Assembly (NCBI GenBank): GCA_046593035.1 | Contig: JBKJSC010000201.1 | Span: 2,273-66,272 of the forward strand | Direction: 5' to 3' | DNA length: 64,000 nucleotides | Source of the DNA: Limisphaerales bacterium | GTDB lineage: Bacteria > Verrucomicrobiota > Verrucomicrobiia > Limisphaerales > JAYTXL01 | Shown here: positions 9,516-19,043 of the stretch, in pieces | Numbering within the stretch: the stretch's first letter is position 1 | Layout: each line of letters opens with the position of its first letter | Translations under genes and position numbers: made by a program | The notes under the pieces: model-generated | What the model was told of the DNA's origin: nothing | Database searches by the model: none | The model's input: only the letters and a program-made list of their open reading frames with translations

Positions 9516-12500
9516 ACTCGCGGCGTGTTCCTTAACGGCGGTGACGCAGCGGGCGCAGAGCGTGGGATGCTCCGTGTTCGCACCGACATCGGTTTCCCAA
9601 TGCCAGCAACGCTCGCATTTCTGGCCGTCGGCACGCTCAACTGAACCCGCTTGAGTTTTAACATGGCCGTATGGGTTCGGCTCTGCGCCAAACTTCACCT
9701 CCAACTGAGAGACATTCAGCAGTTCCCGCAAAATGGACTGGTTCCTCCCGGCGACCTCAACGCTCAACATGTCACCTGAGAGAACAATCTTGGCATCTAA
9801 GCCTTTACCAATTATTTTTTCTTTACGCTTCTCCTCGAGCTTTGGGAGCACCAGCATCGCCCGAAGCCAGAGAAGTTCACGCCAATCTGTCTTCTCGCTT
9901 TCGGAGAACGAGAATCCCGCTGGTTGCCACGCAGCCAAGTGAACAGAAGCGCATGGCTTGCCGGGGATGAACTCCCACGCTTCTTCCGCCGTGTACGCAA
10001 GGATGGGCGCAAGCATCTGGCAAAGGCGCGTGACCATGCGATGCAGTGCGGTTTGCGTGCTGCGACGACGATGTGATTTGGCAGGGTCAGTATAGAGCCG
10101 ATCTTTCACCACATCGTGGTAGATCGAACTTAACTCCACAGCGGCGAACTGGCTGACCTTCTGATAGACGACGTGGAACTCGTAGGCATCGTAGGCCGCA
10201 ATGATTTCGGTTTCGAGTTTGGAGAACTCGCCGAGAATCCAGCGGTCGAGGCCAGTGAGCTGGTCGTCGGGCACGGTGTGCTTCGCGGGATCGAAGTCGT
10301 AGAGGTTCGAGAGTTGGTAGCGGAGCGTGTTGCGCAGTGCGCGGTAAGTCTCGGCGACTTTCGTGATGCGTTCCTCGCTCACGACGATGTCGTTGCGGTA
10401 ATCCTGCGAGGCGACCCAGAGACGCAGCACGTCCGCACCCCACTTCTTCACGTACGCGTCGGCGGTCTGCGGTTTCTCGTAACCGCCCTGGCCCTGCTTG
10501 CTCTTGGAAATCTTCTCACGATCGGCATCCACCATGAAGCCGTGGGTGAGCACGGTTTTGAACGGGGCCGCGCCATTGCCCGCGAGCGAAAGCAACAGTG
10601 AGGATTGGAACCATCCGCGATGCTGGTCGCTGCCTTCGAGATACACGTCGGCAACCCAATCGTGGGTAGGGACGCGCGGCTGCGCGTCCGGCAAAGTTGG
10701 GGACGTGGAGCACCACGTCCCTACCGTGGAATGTTGTAGCTCGCCGCGCTGCATGAGGACGGCGCGCGACGATGAACCGGAATCAATCCACACATCGAGG
10801 GTGTCGTTGGACTTGGCGACCGGTTCGGCGCCCTGCCAATCGGCGGGCTTCACGAGCTCCCACAACTCGCTCACGGATTTCTCGAACCAGACATTGGAGC
10901 CGTGCTGTTCAATGAGGGCGGCGGTGTTACGCACGATTGACGCGTTGAGCATGTCGTTGCCGTCTTTGTCGTAAAACGCCGGAATCGGCACGCCCCATGT
11001 GCGTTGACGCGAGATGCACCAGTCGGGACGCGATGCAATCGCGCTGCGAATTCGGTTGCTTCCCCAATCCGGAATCCAACGCATGTTTGGATTGTCACTG
11101 GATGCCAACGCACCAAGTCGAAGCGTTGCAGGAATGTCCTTAACATCTGAAGGAGCCGATGAGCCTCCTTTGATACAAGCTTCCGCAATGACGTTGAAAA
11201 ACTCGCGTGGCACAGGACTTGTAGCGCTAATAAACTGCTTCCAGACGTTCTCCCAAGTGTTCTGGATTGCTGGTTCAAAACTTTCACTCTTGTGATCAAT
11301 CTTGATGAACCATTGATCCATCGCGCGAAAGATGATGGGCGTTTTGCTGCGCCAGCAATGCGGATAGCTGTGGTCGTAATTCTCCTGGTGCAGCAGGGCA
11401 TTGCGGACACGCAACTCGTGCAGCACCGCCACATTGGCGTCGCTCTTGCCGTGCTTTTCTAAAATTGATTTGCCAATCAGCTCGGCGGGCATCTGTTGCT
11501 CGACGGGCAAATCATTCGTGTGCGCCAGACAGCCGTCGTCGTTTACGGGCGAGTAGATCGGAAGTCCATTTTGACGTCCAAGATGATAGTCCTCAAGGCC
11601 GTGACCGGGGGCGACGTGGACGAAACCAGTGCCGGTGTCGCTGGTAACAAAATCAGCAGAGAAAGCCTTACCAGTGCGGTTGCAGAATGGATGTCGGTAT
11701 TCGAGCGCAGCCAAGTCATCGGTGTCCAAATCGCAAATCACCTTGTAATTGTTCCATCCAGACTTCAATGCAACGTCGGGAAGCAGCGAGGCCAAAATAA
11801 TGAAGCGTTCCGTTCCGACTTCTACTTCCGAATAGGTGAGCTCTGGGTTGTACGCTACCGCGAGATTCGCCGGAAGCGTCCACGGCGTGGTCGTCCAGAT
11901 GACGAGTGAGATGTTAGGCTGCACAAGCGGGAATTTCACATAAACGCTCTGGCTGACGTGGTCTTGATACTCGACTTCGGCCTCGGCCAGCGCGGTGCGG
12001 CAGGGGATGCTCCAGTAAACGGGCTTTTTGCCACGATAGACAAAACCCTTTTCCACGATGTCGGCGAACAGCCGCAATTCATCGGCCTCGTATTCTTTGT
12101 TGAGGGTGAGGTAGGGATTGTCCCAGTCGCCGAAGACACCGAGCCGTTTGAACTGCGCCCGCTGGATGTCGATGTATTTCCGCGCGTATTCTTCGCAAGC
12201 GGTGCGGATCGTGGCTGGGTCGGCGGTGGTGTTCCCGGCCTTGCGCAACTCCTGCGAAACCTTGAACTCAATGGGCAGGCCGTGGCAATCCCAGCCGGGA
12301 ACATACGGCGCATCAAAGCCGCGGAGGGTTTTGTATTTGACGATGATGTCCTTGAGAATCTTGTTCAGCGCGGTGCCGATATGGACATCGCCGTTGGCAA
12401 ACGGCGGGCCGTCATGAAGAACAAACTTCGGTGCGCCTTTGCGGGCGGCCTGGATTTGCGCGTAGAGACCGGCGGCTTGCCAGCGTTCGAGACGTTGCGG

Positions 12501-12572
12501 TTCGCGCGCCACCAGATCGGCTTTCATCGGAAAGTCGGTCTTCGGCAGATTCAGCGTATTTTTATAGTCCAT
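9513..12572 (-). CDS. ileS: Isoleucine--tRNA ligase (type 1, C-terminal zinc finger)
   Basis: MDYKNTLNLPKTDFPMKA, LHDGPPFANGDVHIGT, WTTTPWTLPAN, DWCISRQRTWG, EGSDQHRGWF, KISKS and CERCW...CARC. Confidence 0.98.
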   Translation of the reverse strand: MDYKNTLNLPKTDFPMKADLVAREPQRLERWQAAGLYAQIQAARKGAPKFVLHDGPPFANGDVHIGTALNKILKDIIVKYKTLRGFDAPYVPGWDCHGLPIEFKVSQELRKAGNTTADPATIRTACEEYARKYIDIQRAQFKRLGVFGDWDNPYLTLNKEYEADELRLFADIVEKGFVYRGKKPVYWSIPCRTALAEAEVEYQDHVSQSVYVKFPLVQPNISLVIWTTTPWTLPANLAVAYNPELTYSEVEVGTERFIILASLLPDVALKSGWNNYKVICDLDTDDLAALEYRHPFCNRTGKAFSADFVTSDTGTGFVHVAPGHGLEDYHLGRQNGLPIYSPVNDDGCLAHTNDLPVEQQMPAELIGKSILEKHGKSDANVAVLHELRVRNALLHQENYDHSYPHCWRSKTPIIFRAMDQWFIKIDHKSESFEPAIQNTWENVWKQFISATSPVPREFFNVIAEACIKGGSSAPSDVKDIPATLRLGALASSDNPNMRWIPDWGSNRIRSAIASRPDWCISRQRTWGVPIPAFYDKDGNDMLNASIVRNTAALIEQHGSNVWFEKSVSELWELVKPADWQGAEPVAKSNDTLDVWIDSGSSSRAVLMQRGELQHSTVGTWCSTSPTLPDAQPRVPTHDWVADVYLEGSDQHRGWFQSSLLLSLAGNGAAPFKTVLTHGFMVDADREKISKSKQGQGGYEKPQTADAYVKKWGADVLRLWVASQDYRNDIVVSEERITKVAETYRALRNTLRYQLSNLYDFDPAKHTVPDDQLTGLDRWILGEFSKLETEIIAAYDAYEFHVVYQKVSQFAAVELSSIYHDVVKDRLYTDPAKSHRRRSTQTALHRMVTRLCQMLAPILAYTAEEAWEFIPGKPCASVHLAAWQPAGFSFSESEKTDWRELLWLRAMLVLPKLEEKRKEKIIGKGLDAKIVLSGDMLSVEVAGRNQSILRELLNVSQLEVKFGAEPNPYGHVKTQAGSVERADGQKCERCWHWETDVGANTEHPTLCARCVTAVKEHAAS
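10666..10724. repeat. GTAG-type REP doublet (REPIN-like), in frame inside ileS
   Basis: GTAG-GGACGCGC-ggct-GCGCGTCC ... GGACGTGG-agca-CCACGTCC-CTAC: two inverted GTAG + 8-bp hairpin units. Confidence 0.9.
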
Positions 12573-12693
12573 GCTCGCTTCCAAAAGAGTGCGAACGGTA
12601 GCAACGGCAGGGCTTGGGTGTCAATGAAGCGGCTTGTGGCGGGCCAATGCTTCTCCTAGCATGGCCAACAACAGGCAGTTGGTTTCAACCATT

Positions 12694-13443
12694 ATGTATC
12701 GGGGCCAAAAAATCATCGTCGTGATGCCGGCGTACAACGCGGCGAAAACCTTGCGCCAGACTTACGACGAAGTGATGGCGCAGGAATTGGTGGACCTGGT
12801 CATCCTCGTGGACGATTGCAGCAAGGACGACACGGTGGCGATCGCAAAGACGCTGCCGCACATGCAGGTTTACAGCCATCCGCAGAACCGTGGTTATGGT
12901 GGCAACCAGAAGACGTGTTACCGGCTCGCGCTGGAAGCCGGCGCGGACATCGTCATCATGATTCATCCCGATTACCAGTACACGCCCAAGCTCATCGCGG
13001 CGATGGTCTGCATCATCGGCAACGACCTGCATCCTTGCGTGCTGGGCAGCCGGATTCTTGGCGGGTACGCGTTGCGTGGTGGCATGCCGCTGTGGAAATA
13101 CGTCGCGAACCGTTTCCTCACGGCGGCGGAGAATATTTTGTTGGGCGCGAAGTTGTCGGAGTATCACACGGGCTACCGCGCCTTTTCGCGCGCGTTGCTG
13201 GAGCGGCTGCCGCTGGAGGTCAACTCGGATGACTTTGTGTTCGACAACCAGATGCTCGCGCAAATTCTCTGGTATGACTACACCATCGCGGAGGTGAGCT
13301 GCCCCACGAAGTATTTCGCGGAGGCGTCGTCGATCAATCTGCGCCGGAGCATCCAGTATGGCTTCGGCTGCCTCGGCACGGGGAGTGCGTTTCGCCTGGC
13401 GAAAATGGGGATGCTCAACTCACGGTTGTTTCCCAAGCCCTAA
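12694..13443 (+). CDS. Glycosyltransferase family 2 (DPM1-like)
   Basis: IIVVMPAYNAA, VDDCSKDDT, NRGYGGNQK, HPDYQY and SEYHTGYRAF. Confidence 0.92.
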   Translation: MYRGQKIIVVMPAYNAAKTLRQTYDEVMAQELVDLVILVDDCSKDDTVAIAKTLPHMQVYSHPQNRGYGGNQKTCYRLALEAGADIVIMIHPDYQYTPKLIAAMVCIIGNDLHPCVLGSRILGGYALRGGMPLWKYVANRFLTAAENILLGAKLSEYHTGYRAFSRALLERLPLEVNSDDFVFDNQMLAQILWYDYTIAEVSCPTKYFAEASSINLRRSIQYGFGCLGTGSAFRLAKMGMLNSRLFPKP

Positions 13444-13456
13444 AAGCGGAACGTTT

Positions 13457-13603
13457 TAACCACCGATGGACACGGATTAACACGGATGGGAATGAAATCG
13501 TGAGACGTGCGTGAGAAGCCACCCAATCACTAGGTTATCGCAGCCTTCCTCGGGACTCTGAATTCGGGCCTATCCGTGTGTATCTGTGTCTATCCGTGGT
13601 TGA
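13457..13603. repeat. Inverted repeat element with 10-nt tandem units (ACACGGAT-type)
   Basis: aaccaccgatggacacggattaacacggat ... atccgtgtgtatctgtgtctatccgtggtt. Confidence 0.8.
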
Positions 13604-13631
13604 AAATTCCTTCCTGACTCAGGCCTCCGGT

Positions 13632-13669
13632 AAAAACGAAACCGCCGCAACCTTGCGGTCGCGGCGGTT
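13632..13669 (-). terminator. Probable intrinsic terminator
   Basis: Hairpin aaccgccgc...gcggcggtt followed by a T-rich tail on the minus strand, just after the stop at 13691. Confidence 0.65.
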
Positions 13670-13690
13670 GTGAATGGATTTCGTCGGAGG

Positions 13691-14128
13691 TTACTTCAAC
13701 ACCGCCTGGTGGAATTCATACCAGTCGTCGAGGTTGTTGAGGTTGACGGCGTCCTTCGGTGAGCCGTCCGGCAGGCCGTTGGCGCTGAGGATGCCCTTGC
13801 GCGTGCCATCATCGTGAATGTAACCGGTGACGGCCGCGTTGTGTGCGGCGATGGCGGCGGCGTTGACGGAGGTGCCGTTGGCCTTGACCCACGCTTCAAA
13901 TTGCGGATAGGTGGGCTTGCTGGACTTGATGTAGTTCTTCACGGCGTCTTCCTTGAGGCCGAGCGCGGCGCAAGTCATCGCGTCGTAGCCTTTGCCGAGG
14001 CCGGGATACCCGGCGGCAAGTTTGCCGGCGGCTTCCAGGGAGACTTTCAGCCACAAGCGTGGCAGGTGGAGCACGCCGAGCGGGCCGGCGACGCCTGAAC
14101 TGATGAGGGGAACGTAGGTGTTTGACAT
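13691..14128 (-). CDS. Conserved hypothetical protein (DUF5069-like)
   Basis: 145 aa with host-like codon bias; GVLHLPRLWLK...YD...ALGL...FEAWV resembles DUF5069. Confidence 0.65.
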   Translation of the reverse strand: MSNTYVPLISSGVAGPLGVLHLPRLWLKVSLEAAGKLAAGYPGLGKGYDAMTCAALGLKEDAVKNYIKSSKPTYPQFEAWVKANGTSVNAAAIAAHNAAVTGYIHDDGTRKGILSANGLPDGSPKDAVNLNNLDDWYEFHQAVLK

Positions 14129-14412
14129 AGTTATTTGATGGTTATTACCGGATTAACAGCGACCAGCTTAGAGAAAAGTCGGGGCGCGGGTCAACGGCGA
14201 ATTTCAAAGCTGTTGAACAGCTTCCCGCCTTGACCCAAGAACAGCCCTTTCAAGCGCAACGCACTCGCTTTAACCCTGCTGCTATGGGTTTGTGGCGCAG
14301 CCGACGCGCAGGCCAGGATGTGGTTTCTGAAAGCGGCCAAGGCATGAGCAACCCGTTTTCGCGCGTGAAATGTGGTTGTCCGGGTTCTCCGCCTGTGCCA
14401 ATTTTTTCACCG

Positions 14413-16326
14413 ATGCGCGCGCTACGATTCATTACGGTTGTCTGCTGGGCGCTGGGATTATCCGTCCACGTCGGCGCGCAATCGCCAGTGTTGAGCCTTG
14501 ACCGTCAGGCGGGGCCGGTGCGCGTCAGTCTTCAGGGAGAAATCGGCCGCACCTACTCGCTGGAATCCGCCCCGGCGCTCGGCGGCTCCAATGGCTGGAC
14601 TTCTCTGCTCACTCTGACGCTGACGAACAGCCAGCAACAGTGGTTCGATGCTGCGGCCGCCCTCCCGCTGCAACGGTTTTACCGCGCCACCAAACTGAGC
14701 GGTCCCGCGCCCGTGGAAGAGGCGCTGAATTTCCGGCTCATCGACCACATCGGCCGGTCAAAGGAGCTGGCTTACCACACGGAGGCGCGCGCCGTCGTGC
14801 TCATTTTCACCGGCAACGGGAATGTAAAAATTCAGCAAATGCTCTCCACGATCAAATCGTTGCGGGATCAATTCGCAGGTCAGCAAGTGATCTTCTGGCT
14901 GGTGGATGCCAACGCGCCCGATACCCGTGACAGCATCGCCGCTGAAGCCGCGCGCCTCGGCATTGATCTGCCGATTCTCCACGATGACGCGCAACTCGTC
15001 GCCCGCACCTACGGAGTCGGCACGACCGCCGAGGCCATCGCCATCCGCACGACGGACTGGACTGTGTTTTATCACGGTGCCATCGACGACCGAGTTGACG
15101 CCAGCCCCGTGGGCACCACGCAGACGTATCTGGCCGACGCGCTGACGCAACTTCTAGGAAGCCAGGTCATTTCCCTCCAGCGCACTGTGGCTGCGGGTTC
15201 TCCCATCGTCCTGAACCCGCGGCTGGAGATTTCCTACGCCACGAACATCGCGCCTCTGCTGCTCGACCGCTGTGTGCGCTGTCACAGTCCGGGCAACATC
15301 GCGCCGTTTGCCATGACCAATTACAGCGTCGTTGCCGATTGGGCACCCTACATCAAGCGCCAGGTGCTCGCCGGGCAAATGCCGCCGTGGCACGCCGACC
15401 CGCGCTACGGCGTGTTCACCAACGATGGCGGGTTGACACCGGCGCAAAAGGCCCTGCTCGTCCAGTGGATCGACGACGGCACGCCGCGCGGACAGGGCAC
15501 GGATCCGCTGGTCACAAAACTCCCCACCACGGATTATCCCAATGCTTGGCCGAGTGAGTTGGGCCAGCCGGATTACATCGTCACGATTCCGTTGCAAAAT
15601 ATTCCGGCCACCGGCGAATTGCCTTATCAATATCCGTCCGTCGAATTAAGCAATACTTCCTCACTCTGGCTGCGCGCGGCGATCATACGTCCCGGCAACC
15701 CCCGCGTGGTGCATCATTGTCATGCGTTGAACGGTTCGGGATCCATCGCCAGTTACAATCCCGGGGCCAGACCTTTGGCTTACCCTTCCGGCACGGGCAC
15801 GCAATTGCCCCCCTTTTCCCTGATGAGGTTTGAGATTCACTATACCTCGACCGGCCTGCCGGAAACGGATCAAACTCAACTGGGCCTATATTTCGCGCCC
15901 GCGCCGCCAGCGACGGAATTGGTGGCCGCAGTGGTCAGCACCCATGACATCACTCTGCTCCCCGGCGTGTGGGAGTATGAACGGGAGGCGCAGATCAGTC
16001 CATCCGCCACCAAAGATGTCTGGCTCTACGAAATGAGGCCGCACATGCACTATCGCGGTGCCCGCTTCAAATACGAGGCGCTGTATCCCAACAACACCAC
16101 GGAAGTTCTCCTCTCGGTTCCCAAATACGACTTTCATTGGCAGATGACCTACCGCTTGGCGCAACCAAAACGACTGCCCGCCGGTACCATTCTTCGTGTT
16201 CGCGGCGCTTTTGATAACTCGCCGCAAAACTTGAACAATCCCGACCCTGCTGCCACGGTTCGACGCGGGGTGCGATCCTACGACGAAATGTTTAGCGGCC
16301 ATTTCTATTACTCGGTGATTCCGTAA
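14413..16326 (+). CDS. Secreted multidomain protein: redoxin-like + c-type heme + copper type II monooxygenase (PHM)-like
   Basis: Signal peptide; YHGAIDD thioredoxin-like region; CVRCH; MPPW; VVHHCH, PHMH and DEM candidate copper ligands; YDFHWQ. Start inferred. Confidence 0.8.
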   Translation: MRALRFITVVCWALGLSVHVGAQSPVLSLDRQAGPVRVSLQGEIGRTYSLESAPALGGSNGWTSLLTLTLTNSQQQWFDAAAALPLQRFYRATKLSGPAPVEEALNFRLIDHIGRSKELAYHTEARAVVLIFTGNGNVKIQQMLSTIKSLRDQFAGQQVIFWLVDANAPDTRDSIAAEAARLGIDLPILHDDAQLVARTYGVGTTAEAIAIRTTDWTVFYHGAIDDRVDASPVGTTQTYLADALTQLLGSQVISLQRTVAAGSPIVLNPRLEISYATNIAPLLLDRCVRCHSPGNIAPFAMTNYSVVADWAPYIKRQVLAGQMPPWHADPRYGVFTNDGGLTPAQKALLVQWIDDGTPRGQGTDPLVTKLPTTDYPNAWPSELGQPDYIVTIPLQNIPATGELPYQYPSVELSNTSSLWLRAAIIRPGNPRVVHHCHALNGSGSIASYNPGARPLAYPSGTGTQLPPFSLMRFEIHYTSTGLPETDQTQLGLYFAPAPPATELVAAVVSTHDITLLPGVWEYEREAQISPSATKDVWLYEMRPHMHYRGARFKYEALYPNNTTEVLLSVPKYDFHWQMTYRLAQPKRLPAGTILRVRGAFDNSPQNLNNPDPAATVRRGVRSYDEMFSGHFYYSVIP

Positions 16327-16413
16327 GTCGGGGATTCCTCGCCGGTTCGCGACCGCGTTTGAACCTTCATCGTCCTTTGCTGTCGAACTCTCATCAGTCA
16401 ACCAATTCAGCCT

Positions 16414-17130
16414 ATGAAAAATCCTCCAACGAAACGAACCGCCGACAGACCAACCCTGCGGAAATTCTGGCGCGAATGGGCCAAACCCCTGCTCGTCGTT
16501 TTGCTCGTCACCAGCGCCTTTCGATCCGCGCTGGCGGACTGGAATGACGTGCCCACCGGCTCCATGAAACCCACGATCATGGAAGGCGACCGAATCTTCG
16601 TGAACAAACTCGCCTACGACCTAAAGGTTCCGTTCACGACCTGGCATGTGGCCGAGTGGGCGGAGCCGAAGCGTGGCGACATTGTTGTCTTCTTCTCGCC
16701 CGCCGATGGCCAGCGGCTCGTCAAGCGCGTGGTCGGTTCGCCGGGTGACACCGTCGCGCTGCGGGACAACCAGCTTTATCTCAACGGGGAGCCGGCCAGT
16801 TATGAATCGCTTGATCAATCCGTCATCGAAGCCATTCCCGCAAAGCAACGAATGGATCATCAGTTTGCGAACGAAAACCTCACCGGGAAAAATCATCCGG
16901 TCATGATCACGCCGCTCAAGTCAGCATTGCGTTCCTTTGAAGCGGTCAAAGTTCCGGCGGGCCATTACTTCGTGATGGGCGACAACCGCGACAACAGTTT
17001 TGACTCCCGTTACTTTGGTTTCGTGGACCGCCAGCGCATTGTGGGCCGCGCGACGGCCGTGGTGCTTTCCCAGAATCCGGACAACCACCACCTTCCGCGT
17101 TGGAGCCGGTTTTTCACGAGTCTGCCTTGA
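16414..17130 (+). CDS. lepB: Signal peptidase I
   Basis: VPTGSMKPT (Ser), LVKRVVG (Lys) and MGDNRDNSFDSR. Confidence 0.95.
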   Translation: MKNPPTKRTADRPTLRKFWREWAKPLLVVLLVTSAFRSALADWNDVPTGSMKPTIMEGDRIFVNKLAYDLKVPFTTWHVAEWAEPKRGDIVVFFSPADGQRLVKRVVGSPGDTVALRDNQLYLNGEPASYESLDQSVIEAIPAKQRMDHQFANENLTGKNHPVMITPLKSALRSFEAVKVPAGHYFVMGDNRDNSFDSRYFGFVDRQRIVGRATAVVLSQNPDNHHLPRWSRFFTSLP

Positions 17131-17145
17131 ACCGGCACCGGAGGT

Positions 17146-18900
17146 TCAATTGCCGAATTCCATGACGCCGAATTTGTCTGGCGTGTGGAAGCTGCCATTG
17201 AGCACCGGACTCCAGGCAAGGAAGGCCTTGTTCGCCGAGTCGCACCGGTAGAAGTTGATACGCCACTTGGTGCCGGGAGCGGGCTTCACTTCGCCCAGCG
17301 AGGCGAGTGGGATTTTCATCACCGCCGTCCACACCTTGGCGCGCTCGCCAGCCTTCACCTTCGTTTCAAACTGGCTGCTCCACGCGAAATCCTTTTCCGG
17401 CAATCGCAAATCAAGCTTCTCGCCGTTCGGCGACAGTTCGTATTCGGTGTAACGCCTTAGATTGGTCGCGTCCGCATTGATGAACGCCTCCACCACGTCG
17501 CGATCCCAAAGCCCGATGCGTTCCTTGTTCAATTCCGCCGGCTCGAACGTCGTCAATTTTGTGAACGGACACGAGTAGCCGAGATAGAGAAACTTGTCGG
17601 ACCACAGCACGCGCACCGTGGTCGCCATTTCGGGCCGCGCGGTGTGATTGATGGAGGAGTATTCCAAACGGGCGGGCTGCGCCTTATTCCAGGCCGCGTT
17701 GCTCAAGTCACCGGTCACCTCAAAGTCATTTTCAATCCGCGCGGCTTTCACCGTCGGCAACGGCAGCGAGCGGGCAAGCAGCTTGCGCGCGTTGTCAAAA
17801 TAGATTTTTCGCAACACCTCCGCCGGCAGACCGATGCCGCTGATCGTCCAGTCGCCCTGAATCGGCGTCATGTGCGCGAAGTTTTTGTCATTCGTTTCGA
17901 GCCAGCGCCATTCCTTGTCGAAGAAGGTCTTAGCGTCCTCGTCGGTCGGCGGCGGTTCGTTGCCGCTGGAGCCGAGGATGAGCCGGTTGTAAACTTGAAA
18001 ATCCGTGGCGAAGAAAATCCGGTCCTGATGCTTTGTGAGCAGCCGCCGCACCTTCTCCGGATCGTGCCGGCCAATTTCCGGGATGCGCGCGGCGAGGTCG
18101 GCATGCATGTTCGGCAGCCGATCCAGCGATTGTTCGACCCACTCGAGTTCCTCCGCATTGTTCGCAAAATGGACACAGACAAACGTCGTCTTCGGATGCC
18201 GCTCGATGACGCGGTTGAGGGCCTCGAGTAATTCCATGCGCGGCGGGTAAAGTTTCGGATCGCCGAACCACCAGCTCCGGTGATCCTTCAATTCTTTCCA
18301 ACGCTCGTTTTGATCATTGTAGGGAAGCCAGAAGGCCTTCGGGTCGGCGACGTGAATCGAGACGGGCATGCCCAGTTCGCCGCAACGTTTCCAGACCGGA
18401 TCGAGCTTCGGATCGTCAATCTTGATGAGCTTGCTGGCCCCATCGCGTAGGTAAAGACCGAGGCGTTTGTATTCCTTCAATCCCGCCGCGCCGAGTCGAT
18501 GCCCTTCCTCGACCTGCTTCACGGCGCGCGTGGAAAAATCCTCCGCGTCCCAGCCCGTGTAATCGAGATTCATGTAATGGAGGAACCGTCCGGGAGCCAG
18601 TTTGTCGGAGAGGGCTTTGTTGCGCTCGAACTCGGAGGGCGCGTCGTCCTTGTGCGTGGTGTAGCCGCCGCTCAGGTTCACCGCGATGCCGACGCCGGAC
18701 GCGTCCATGATCCGCACCGCGCGGGCGATGCGTTCGGGCGCGTACTCGATATGCTGGTGCAAATCGAGGATGCGTTGTTCGGATCGCCAGCGGGCGGCGT
18801 CGGGGTTGGGCGTGAACTTCTCCGCGCCCAGACTGGAGAGAGCAGCCAGCGCATACAGCGGCAAGGCCAACGCGGTGGCGGTAAGACGGGCAGGCTTCAT
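17146..18900 (-). CDS. Secreted amidohydrolase fused to a C-terminal CBM9-like domain
   Basis: Metal motifs DLHQH, IHVADP, VHF and FATD; C-terminal DVVEAFI...WRINFYR...SFHTPDKFG. Confidence 0.8.
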   Translation of the reverse strand: MKPARLTATALALPLYALAALSSLGAEKFTPNPDAARWRSEQRILDLHQHIEYAPERIARAVRIMDASGVGIAVNLSGGYTTHKDDAPSEFERNKALSDKLAPGRFLHYMNLDYTGWDAEDFSTRAVKQVEEGHRLGAAGLKEYKRLGLYLRDGASKLIKIDDPKLDPVWKRCGELGMPVSIHVADPKAFWLPYNDQNERWKELKDHRSWWFGDPKLYPPRMELLEALNRVIERHPKTTFVCVHFANNAEELEWVEQSLDRLPNMHADLAARIPEIGRHDPEKVRRLLTKHQDRIFFATDFQVYNRLILGSSGNEPPPTDEDAKTFFDKEWRWLETNDKNFAHMTPIQGDWTISGIGLPAEVLRKIYFDNARKLLARSLPLPTVKAARIENDFEVTGDLSNAAWNKAQPARLEYSSINHTARPEMATTVRVLWSDKFLYLGYSCPFTKLTTFEPAELNKERIGLWDRDVVEAFINADATNLRRYTEYELSPNGEKLDLRLPEKDFAWSSQFETKVKAGERAKVWTAVMKIPLASLGEVKPAPGTKWRINFYRCDSANKAFLAWSPVLNGSFHTPDKFGVMEFGN

Positions 18901-18983
18901 GGCTTCACGTTGCCAAACCTTCGCGTCAAAAACCAGTCAAAGCTGCGCACGGGACAGGGTCTTTTGGCATAATCGGCGAAAGG

Positions 18984-19043
18984 GTTGGAGTTCAGCCTTT
19001 AGGCTGTCCCGGGCCGCAGACATGCTAAAGCATGAACTCCAAC
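18984..19043. repeat. TGGAG-type REP-like doublet
   Basis: gttggagttcagcctttaggctg ... catgctaaagcatgaactccaac; related copy at 35398. Confidence 0.75.
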
